This document shows positions 12,457 to 22,609 of a stretch of 64,000 nucleotides of DNA, one piece after another (within the stretch, counting starts at the first letter, position 1; every line of letters begins with the position of its first letter). The DNA is from Gnetum montanum. Its lineage: Eukaryota; Plantae; Gnetophyta. Made by a program: the position numbers and the translations under genes. The stretch lies in assembly GCA_015680685.1 (NCBI GenBank), contig MNCI01002813.1, positions 1,297,403 through 1,361,402 on the forward strand. Direction: 5' to 3'. The notes under the pieces are model-generated. The model made no database searches and had not been told where the DNA came from. It saw only the letters and a list, made by a program, of their open reading frames with translations.

Positions 12457-15400
12457 GATGGACCCTGATAATATTGGAGATGGCAGCAGGAGGGATTGCA
12501 GCAGGAGGTAATGCAAATGGAGGGACCATGACAGGGGTGGGGTAGGATGCTATTGAAGTTGGAGGGATAGGGTTGGGTATGGGAGGGATAGGTGCGGGGA
12601 GTGGGCTTGTTGGTGCTCATGCCAGTTTTCAGGATGGTGGCTTGGGCTTGGGCAGACATGGGGGCTCTAGCCCCGAGGATTTCTTTGGGGCGTCTATGAG
12701 GAGCAGGGGGTCACTAAGGTTGGAGGTGCCTTAGTTTTTGTTGGTGGCCTTGGGGACCTTGGAGAGGAGCCTCATTGGTTGTTTTGTGTCAAGTGGGCCA
12801 AGGCCCAAGCCTGAACTCATTTAGAAATGGGTTGTGGCCATGTGGAGGCTTGATAATGTTGGGGTGAGGAGTCTTTTGGAGGAGCTTATTCTTTTTGTTT
12901 TTTCCTGTATTGAGGACCGTGACCTAGTCCTGCTGGGGGGTCCTTGGTTTTTTGGAGTGAGGGGCCTTGTCGTCACTACTTGGAGGCCTAGGGCACACCG
13001 GGATAAAGATCTTTTCTCACACATTGATTTGGATTTGTGTTTCTGGTGTGCCTTGGGAGGCATGGATGCCAAGGTTTTTCCAGTCTCTGGCAACTTATTT
13101 CAGGGAATTCATCACACTAGATAAACCCAATAGGACTATGGAGAGGATGGGCTTTGCTCGTTTTTGTGTTTAGAGATTGTTCTCTTGAAAAGCCTTGCTC
13201 AAGGACTTAGTCTTGGCCCTTTCCTTGGGGGAGGAGAGGATTATTGTGGAGTATGAGAATTTGCTCATAGAGAGCAAGAAATCTGGGCCTAATGGGGGCC
13301 CCTCTTAGCATTGTGGGAAAGTAGGGCACACTACGGCGAATTGCTGGGTTAAGCCAAACGCAACAGATGCAATAGATGTTGAAGGATGGTAGCAGGTTAA
13401 GCAAAAGCATAAGAAGGGACCCAAGGAATGAATGGGGCTTATTAATTCACGAGCCCTCCCAAAGGGGTTTGCTAAGGAGTTAGGGGCACCTTCGGGATGG
13501 AGTAAATCGTCGGAGGGAATAGGTGTGGGTAGGGCCTAGAATCTTCTGCTATTCTTGATGTGGGGTTTACCACTCTGCCTAAAGCCAACCTGTTGAGTAA
13601 GGACATTCCCCTCTAGGAAGTTGGGTCACCATTGTTTGGGGATCCTCCAAGCTAGTTTTTGAGGAGATTTTACAGTCACTTGTGGACAACGGTGAGGGTT
13701 TCAAGGTGTCCATGGAAGCTGGGTAGGTTGGCCATCCATGAATGTTAGTGGTTGTAGCTAACAAACCCAGCTTGAAATCAATTTAGGCCTTCAAAAGACC
13801 CTTCTTGAGATCTACCACAAACGCTCGAGTGGGTGACCATGAAGATTATGATATGGAATTGTAGGGGCCAGGGCACCCCCTATAAACGACACACCCTTAA
13901 AGAAATCATGCATAGAGATAACTATTCCATCGTTTGTTTGCAAAAAAACGAAGTTGTAGCTCTGGGAATTTGAGTTATTACAATGGAACAAGTGGCATGT
14001 CCAGCAGGTGGCCTGTTTCAGTCGCACTGGGGGCCTTGCTATTTTATCTAGATTTGGGTTCCACCCCTTGGATGCTTTAGAATGGAGCATCATGGTTCAC
14101 TTACCTTCACTTGGAATTTGGCTCACCAATTTCTACGAGGAGAGGGAATGGGAGAAATGTCTCGTTGAGCTAAGAAGAATCGTGGTGCTGATCCTTGACC
14201 ATTGGTGTTGGGTCATGGTGGGGGATTTTAATCAAAGACTTTATGCATGGGAGAAGATTGGTACTGAGTGCGTAGAACTGTCGGTTGTGGACCTCTTCTT
14301 GCAATTCCTTCACCAACATAACCTGGTGGATTTAGAGATTAAGAACTATCGTTACACTTGGAGTAATCGGAGGAAAGGCAATGACAGAGTAATGTCTTGT
14401 ATTGATCAGGTGTGGATGGTAGCCTTGCTTCTGCTTTAGTAGGATGTATGCGTTAGAGGACCTCCAACCACATGTCTTTGATTTGTCAAATTGGGAGGAA
14501 GTTGGGTGTTTCTGCCTTGTGCTTTCATTTCAAATGGGCTTGGATCATGAAACCTTGGTTAAGGCCTTGGTTACCACGATCTAGGAGAGGCACCCATCTA
14601 GCCATGTTTCTCATGATTTTCTCACTAACAAGCTTAATGCTCTTAAAAAGGAAATTTGATCATGTAGGAAGGATGAGAAGTATACTTTTAGGTTCCATAG
14701 GGGTGCACTAGAGCAAAAGCTTTGGGATGTCTAGGCAAAACAGTAGCGAGGAGAAGCTCTAATGCAAGAAGAGTAGGACATTCTTCATGCTCTCTAGCAA
14801 TTGGATCATGAAGAAATAGAGTACTAGAGGCAAAGATCCAGAATCCAATGGTTGAGAGATGGCGATATGCCCACCAAATTTTTTTCGTTGTGGCTCAAGC
14901 CAATTGGCAAGCCAAATAGGTGCACACTCTAACCAAGTGTGGACAAGTCCTTGAACATTCTACAGAGATCATGTAGGAATTCCACAATTTTTTGGTGAGT
15001 GTGTGGTGTTGAAAGGATAGGGCCCCTCTGTCAGTATTGGTGGAGAAGGTTCTTACGGATGTTGATAATTCAAAGCTTCTCCAGCCTTTCTCAAGTCAAG
15101 AATTAGAGTGGGCCATGGCAGCTCTCAAATTTGGGTGGGCCCCTGAGCTAGATGGGTGGCCCATTGAATTCTTTAGGGAGTATGTGGATGTGTTGGGGGC
15201 TAACATCTTGGACGCTTTTAACAACATGCTCAAATGGTGATAGATCTGTCAGGAGATTAATTGTTCACGGGTTGTGCTTCTCCCTAAGGTAGAATGTCCT
15301 ACTTGGCCATCATGGTTTAGGCCAATTGGAGTCTGCAATACGCTCCTACGCCTTTTCACCAAGATGCTTGTTAGAAGACTGGCACCTTTGATGCCAAACT

Positions 15401-18400
15401 CGGTCAAGAATAATCAAGTGGGCTTTGTTAAGGATTGCCTCCTTCAAGATCAGGTTATCATGCTCCATGAAATTTTTCATTTGTTTAGTCTAACTCGTTT
15501 CCTAGGTTTGTGTTTTAAGCTAGACATCACTAAGGCATATGACACAGTTTTGTGGGAGGCATTGGCGGAAGTTATGAGAAGGAAAGGTTTTAGCCAAGAT
15601 TTTATCAATTTATGCCTCCACAATCAGTCCTCTGCCATGTTCTCCTTTGACTTGGAAGGGATTCTTTGGGTGGGGAGAGGACTATGATAAGGTGATCCTC
15701 TATCGGTGTACCCGTTTATTCTTTTGATGGACACCTTGCAAGATTATTGTAAGAAGGAAGGTGTTCGGGGAGTGAATGTTCATTGGGGTGGAGTGCCTAG
15801 CTAGGAATTACGCAGATGATACGATTATCTTTACATGGGCCTCGGTGTCGTAGGCTATAATATTGGATAGGGCATTAATTTGGTTAGTTGAGGAGGTAAG
15901 TATTGAGGTTAATTGGGCCAAATCTGCGGTTTATATGATGAACATTGACGAAGGAGTTAAGGTTGGGATTGTGTGGATTTTGTGGGTTCTACTAGGGCAA
16001 CACCAGTATATGTATCTTGGCTTCCCGATGTTTGGATGGAATCGGAGATAGACTTGGATTGATTTACTGAAGTAGTTGCAGATGCGGATTGGCCATTGGA
16101 CCAATCACTTTCTGACTTGCAAAGGGAGGATTTTTCTTGCTTCTATGGTACTGTCGCCCATTGCTCAATTTACTGCATCTCTTGCCTCTCCCCCCTTGGA
16201 CGTTGGGAATAAAGTGGATCAATTAATATGATGGTTTGTTTGGTTGGGTGGAAAAGGCAGACAATGCTTGCATTTACTTCAGTGAGATAAGGTTGCTTGG
16301 GCTAGAAATGCGGGAGGAGTGGCAATTTTCAAATTTGTGGATCTCATTTTAATGGGGCAACAACAACCTCTGTTGCGGTTGACCAATGGAGGTTCGGATG
16401 TTCTACCATGGGTATAGCTCATGCATAATAAGTATCACCAATCGGTGGCCATGTGTTAGGATTCGGGACTATGGCGGGTCCTTTGTTGCCACGCCCTTTG
16501 GATGGATCAACTTGCATTGCAACACGTGTCACCGTGTGAGCTCATCAAATCTCAATATTCGATGGTTTTGGGATGGAATGTGGTGTGGTAGGGGAGATTG
16601 CAAGAAAAGCTAAAGATTTTTCTTTGGCTTGTTTACCATGGGGCTTTGTCGGTGCGTGTCGCTCTTCGATGATGAGGATTAAACATAGATGGTAGGTGTC
16701 CTACATGTAGAAGGTTGGAGGAAATGTGGGAACACTTCACTTTTGTCTGCCCGTTTAGTCAAGTTGTGTGGTAGGTAGCTCATTTACCCCTTTCCATCCT
16801 TTTAATGGGAGACTCTTAGGCCAAAACCATCCTTTGGTGCTTGTGGAATGTGCGGAACAATCTCATTTTCCAACAAGTGCCTTTTCCCTCGTTGGCCAAC
16901 ATCATTGCGAAAGGTTGTAGGTTTTGGAAAGAAGCTTTGACAGCGATGGGAGCTACGTTGACGTTCAAACCCTCATGGGAACGGTACTAGAACAACTTCG
17001 TGTTGTGGGACCTAGTGCATTCGGTTGGATGGGAAGGCTTGCTTCCCAAGCTTGTGGGGGACCCTGCTTTGCCAGATGATGAATTTTTTTCCAACTAGCA
17101 GGGTACCTCCATTGTGTTCCATGGGGTCAGGATTGACCTTACTGAAGATGCGCTGGCTAGGGCATTGGGTGTGCCAACCACTGGGCATGAGATTTTGCTT
17201 GTCACATGAGGGTTGCAGGAAGTGCAAAGCTTCTTTTTGGGCCATATCCCGAGAACTACCAATGGGCAGGTGCTGTGATCCGCTCTTCCTGAATTTTGGT
17301 AGTTGGTAGTCGACCTAGTTGAGCGATATTTTGTTCAATCAAGGAACAGGTCTAGGCTTTAGGGAACACATTTCGCATTTTTACCGTGCCTCTGAAGGAC
17401 TGTTAGGTGAATATTTCAGAGTTCTTTTTGGCTTCCTTGAGACGCCAATGGACAAGCAGGCATTTAGGTTTAATTCTTGCTTTGTGGCGTGTGGCAAGGG
17501 AAGTGTTGCAGATGGGTCTTATGGGATCCTTGGGTTAGGTTGTCTATTATAGATGGAGGAAGCTAATAGGTAGTCTGATGGACTCCTTGAGGGGGATGGT
17601 GGTTCTAGCTCTCATGGCCATGGGGAGATAGACTGTTGAGATTGGTATTGACCTTGATGAGGGTATGGGTGAGGGTGAGGCCAATCGTTTGGGATTGGAG
17701 ACACAATTGGTGTTTGTGAGGAAGGAGGCGGCCTTGGCTGCTTGGGCCAAGGAAAGCCAAGTCTAGCAAGCTAAATGGGAGGCACAGGAAGAAATGTTTC
17801 AACATTAGATGGACAAGTTGCAGAGGTGCCATTTCATCGAAATTGAAGAACTGCAACGACAATAGTTGGTCATGGAGGCTAGGGCCCAAGCTGCGCTAGA
17901 AGAGAAGATTCAAGAGGAAATTAGGGAAGAAATGGAGAATAAGGCATGGTGTCAAAAGGTGTAGAAACAAGAGGCTGAGGAGCAATGAATTTGCAAGGCT
18001 CAAGAAGATGCAGAGCAGCAAGAACAGCTATCATGGGCTCATAGGTCTAATGCCACGGCTTGGTTGTGGGCAAGTAAATTCCCATACATGTAGATGCGCA
18101 TCAGTTGAGAAGTGCCGTGGCCTGCGTTGTGTTGTCATATTTGGCTTTCCTCAGCCCCACTCCACCTAGATGTTTAAGGGTTGGCAGCTGAACAAGCTAG
18201 AAAGGCGGAGGCCTTTAAAAACTTCTAGGAGGTTGCAGCATTTGTTTCTATGAAGGAGTTTCGTGCACAGTTGGACGAGCTGCATGTTAGTCTTATTTTG
18301 CACTACCATTGTGACAGGTTGCCTTGACACCCATAGTGGAGGGGGTTCTTGGTTTTTCCGTGTTGGGGGTGTCTCGGTTGCATTTTTGGGGGTTTGGTTT

Positions 18401-18693
18401 TTTTTCTGTTTTTGTCTCAGCTCGTTTCCATTGCGTCCTTTTTAGTGTTGTTGTATCGCATGTTTGCAAGTCTATCATTGTCTCTATAGAAGGTTGGGGG
18501 TGGCTTGCGCCCATTTTTGATGTTTATGGGGCTGTTTGAGGCTGGTTTTGTTTGAGCTCAGGGCTGCCTGCCCTGAGGCAGGATGTTGATTATCTGCCAT
18601 TTTGGCTGTGGGCATTACTGGTCCGTTTTTGTTTATAGCTTTTTCTTGATTATACATTCCTGAAAGTTTTTCCAACAAAAAAAAAAAAAAAAC
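12457..18693 (+). mobile_element. Near full-length L1-type LINE, copy A (ORF1; ORF2 EN-RT-zf-RVT plus extended C-terminus with J-domain), decayed
   Basis: ORF1 starts at ATG 12480 (Gly-rich N-terminus, DUF4283-like GPWFFG..L.V..W.P, CCHC-like knuckle). ORF2 starts at ATG 13839 (MKIMIWNCRG) and has GDFN and YTWSN (EN), KLDITKAYD, GDPLS and YADD (15809-15820), and zf-RVT at ~16600-16870. Poly(A) at 18677-18692. Degenerate TSD CATTGGATGTA (12446-12456) vs CATCGGATGCA (18694-18704). Confidence 0.92.
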
Positions 18694-19250
18694 CATCGGA
18701 TGCAAGATTGAGACCAATAAACCTGCCCTTCCAGGTTTAAAGAGGGAGCTAAGGGAGAAATCTCCCTGTCCTCTTGACACTGGTACATAAGAACAAACCA
18801 ACAGAAAGAAAATGTGGTAGAGACTAAGAGATGTAGTGTCTATGAATGAAATAAATTTGCATACTCAATAACAATGAATTCTTGATCTTAATACCTTTGC
18901 ATCACCTAATAGATCCCCGTGAGTGTTTGGAATTGTTTATCTCTTCTCAGGTTTTTATCTTGATACATGGTCCTAGTAAGTCTTCTGTAACTACATGTGA
19001 TATCCCTTAGGGTGGTCCTTTTTGTTAGGCCTAAACTTTTGAAAGGGAAGATACATATTGCTATATTGGATGAAAAATTGCTTTGCCACTTCAGCAATCT
19101 TTTGTCACAGAGGGGCCAACCTGGTCTGCCACATTGGGCTGCTAAAGCTCTTCCTTGTTCTTGGCAGAACAAAATCTGCCATGTCTTGGAGCCCATGATA
19201 CACTAGACTAACAGTCTTGCCTTCAACATGAATATGTAAAAGATGGGCAA
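18694..19250 (-). mobile_element. 3' remnant of an older, divergent element carrying a J-domain
   Basis: ORF 18906-19196 ends FPFKSLGLTKRTTLRDITCSYRRLTRTMYQDKNLRRDKQFQTLTGIY, which follows the J-domain helix I-II-[HPD]-III pattern. Confidence 0.6.
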
Positions 19251-20205
19251 TGACCTTATTTGAAAGGGGAATGTCACTGCCCTGGAAGAAAGTAATTTGT
19301 GTGTACGACTGGTGTCATACCACAATTTTTCGATTGGAATGTGAATGGTGAAAATATTCATTACAATAACAATTCTTAGTGAAACAATAACCTATGCCTA
19401 GCTAGGAGCAACAAAATGTACCGGCAATTAAACAGTATTGTGTGCGTGATTACAATCAGTAGCCTGCGCAAAAGATAGAGTATGTAACCTGTGCAAAATA
19501 GAAATAATAAATATATGCAAGAGCAGGAATAGTGATCTGCGTACTAACAAAAACTGTAATCTACGCACTATCAAAAACAGTAACATGGGCAATAATGGAA
19601 ATAATGACCTGTCTATGATTCTACTGTAAAGAGTCATCAGTATCCAATATATTGATTAGATTGAACAATCAACATTACTTAAGTCTCTTTCTGAATCATA
19701 ATTTTACGTAGAAATGAATAAAAAGAGAAATGAAAAAGAAAGTATTATGTTACAGCTACAATTCATCCTGGATTAGGAAAAAAGAAAGAAAAACAATTAT
19801 ACGACAATTAACATCCAGAACTCGATATGCCAATCAAGGTATTGATTAGGCAAAATTGTCACTATAGAACATCTCCCCTTCTAGATGGGTTTCTTCCTGC
19901 TTGGACAATATTTGAATATAAAAAGTTAAAATGAAGGTTCCAGAGATGTGGTAGTAGACAAGGTAGTAGGATGGCTTCAGGTTGTGTCAACAATAGACCC
20001 ACCCAAGGTTACTACAGCCAACCTGAGATACACATAATCAATCATGATAGCAACCAGTAAGTGATCTGATTGACAACAGCACCACCAATGATAGCTCCCA
20101 TGGACAACTCCCTTGTTAACAACCCCAGTTTAGACTTTATACCTATTGCTACCTAAGTTATCATCTAGATCTCCCAAATTGGTGCCCAGTAGTCTAACAT
20201 TTACG

Positions 20206-20670
20206 TCACTGGTGTATGCTGTCGTGCACTACCCTACTGGCAATTGGTGATACAACAATGCCTCAACCCATTGGCTCTTGTTGGTGATCTACGGGCTCTT
20301 GATTGATTGCTTTGTCTTGTTAGCAATTTGCGGTGTTTTGATTAGTGGGCGTGCTTTGACACCGAAATTGAGTTCATGCAAGCCACAAAACAATTGATAC
20401 TCCAAATACATTCTAGAAAGAAAACACAAATCATCTACTTCACTGGTGTATGCTGTCGTGCACTACCCCACTGGCAATTGGTGATACAACAAAGCCTCAA
20501 CCCATTGGCTCTTGTTGGTGATCTACAGGCTCTTGATTGATTGCTTTGTCTTGTTAGCAATTTGTGGTGTTTTGATTAGTGGGCCTGCTTTCACATCAAA
20601 GTTGAGTTCATGCAACTTCAGCCACAAAACAATTGATAGTCCAAAGACATTCCAGAAAGGAAACACAAGT
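20206..20670. repeat. Tandem duplication, ~234-bp unit x2
   Basis: TCACTGGTGTATGCTGTCGTGCACTACCC starts at both 20206 and 20440, and the near-identity continues for the length of the unit. Confidence 0.9.
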
Positions 20671-21329
20671 CAACTTGTAGATAGGAATACCACAAAGGAA
20701 CAAATATCATCACAATATGGAACGATAGATTCTGCAATAAGAAGAATAAAAAAAAAAAAAAGGGTTTGGATAACAATGATAAAATGGTAAAATAAAATGA
20801 TGCAAGCTTCACAAAATGGATCATTAAAAGAGATGAACTCAACAAGAGCAAAACAACACCAGTAGGCAAGAAATGGAAGATTTCTCTTTACAGAAATGGG
20901 CTTTTTGCTTGGACCCTTGCAACATTACCCCTAATTCACTTCCAGTCCGTACTTCCAAACCAGTGGATGCCCATGCTGCAGCCAACAGAAGACAAGGGAT
21001 TCAACAATAGGGCAGGTTATGTGTAGGTAATTGAGTAGAATTAGGGTTGCACATCTCCTTGGAAACTAACTTTTCATTGAAAATAAAATAAAAATAATAA
21101 AACTAAGAAAATATTTATTCCTAGTGCCCCACTTCTTGCTAAAACATGTTAAACACAACGTTATGGAATAAACTCATCAACTTAACATTAACAATTCATA
21201 TATAAGAAAATAACACTTAATGCATGGCTCCTGTTAACTATTAACAATACATTAACAATTCAACTCTCATTGTTCCTTAAATCCAAAAAAAACAAAAATC
21301 GAAAAGAGCTTGTAGCATGCCAGCTATAG

Positions 21330-22150
21330 CATTCATTTTACTAGGTAAAGCAAGGACATTAGATGTCAACCATATGGGCACCACAAAACACACGATAACA
21401 TAACTTATAGAAATAAGGCATAAAACGTTCACCTTAAGTCATAACAGCTAGCAGAAGAAAGTCATATAATTGAGGTCATTGTACCCTTGCAGTTTGGGTA
21501 GGAGCCCATCCAACCCAGCCCTACTAGCAAGGGCCCACTGCACTTGGCATGTCTGAATCCTTCAATGCCTCTTTCAAAAGTTAGTGTCACACCCATTCTA
21601 GAAATTTTTCCCCAGTTACACTTAACTGTGAGAGCTACAATGTGAACGGAGGGGGAGGGAAGGGAATATTATTGAATATAAGGTTGGTTTGTGTCTTCTG
21701 GATGCTCCACACCACCAAAATATTAATGGTGTTTGTATGGAAAAATTGATAGTTCACTAGCATCATTAAACTAACAGACTGCTAGATACTGACATCCGAC
21801 TAACATCTCACAGTTAAGTGGTCCATCATTTCCACATCATACATGCAGATGGAACACATGTTTGACATATTCGTCCTACACCTACATAGCTTTTGTTATG
21901 CTAAGATGGCATCACATTTATCAAGCTAGTATTTGGCCATTGCAGTAAGCACAAATGTAGTGAAAATGCATTTGGCCTTGCTAAATAGATGTTGATTAAT
22001 ACAGGAAGTACATTTGTTTTGTATTCTTTGAATGAGTTCACTCCATGAAACTATCTTGTGCCAATGATGGATAGACAGACCTAGGTAAATGTCATTGATG
22101 CCTTCTTGTTGGAAGTTCAAGGAATGCATTATGTCCACCTTGGTTTTGAG
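21330..22150 (-). mobile_element. Decayed L1-type LINE fragment (post-RT region plus start of the C-terminal extension)
   Basis: ORF 21926-22138 (YLGL.....W..LIQRIQ....L.SK...VLTAMAKY). ~21480-21620 reads MGVTLTF.....GW.G, similar to the extension in copy A. Confidence 0.6.
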
Positions 22151-22609
22151 GGAAGCGTGGAGAAAGTGAATGGTTAACTTTTACCAATTGAATGAGATTC
22201 CCACTTGTTTCGACATTGTGTTGAATTTTTTTTCATGGCTAGGGTCTTCAATGAACTAGCTTTTTTAATAATCATGGTGTTGTTAATGTAATGATTTGCT
22301 AAACAACTAATTGAACTAATTGCCACTCTATATGTGACTATTGTCATTATCATTATTACCATTCTCTATGAGATCAGAAAACAGTGAACAGTTAATAATA
22401 ACCACAAAAAATGATATCAGTCTCTCTACTATGACTAACCATCATTAAAATTTTTTTAGAAATTTGATTTTTGGAGTAGACAAGTAGCAAAATTCCGTGT
22501 GCTCTTATGCTAAATGAAAAGAAAAAAAAATCTGATATGTACTAATCTTGAACACCATGATCAATTAACATGGTTCTAAACTTTGAAATCTTCATTATTA
22601 AAATTTTCA

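Noticed and set aside
18079-18276. J-domains as exons of a nested host DnaJ gene
   Set aside because: They lie inside poly(A)/TSD-bounded LINE copies on both strands, are in frame with the LINE coiled coil, carry stops, and show no exon-like splice context.
20206-20670. Tandem repeats (also 23841, 29293, 7560, 31170) as CRISPR-like or satellite arrays
   Set aside because: Only two units each, no repeat-spacer structure, and a eukaryotic TE context; these are ordinary local duplications.
19300-21250. Possible LTR element (PPT-like AGGGGAGA-TG on the - strand near 19870)
   Set aside because: No matching second LTR, convincing PBS or coding motif could be established.
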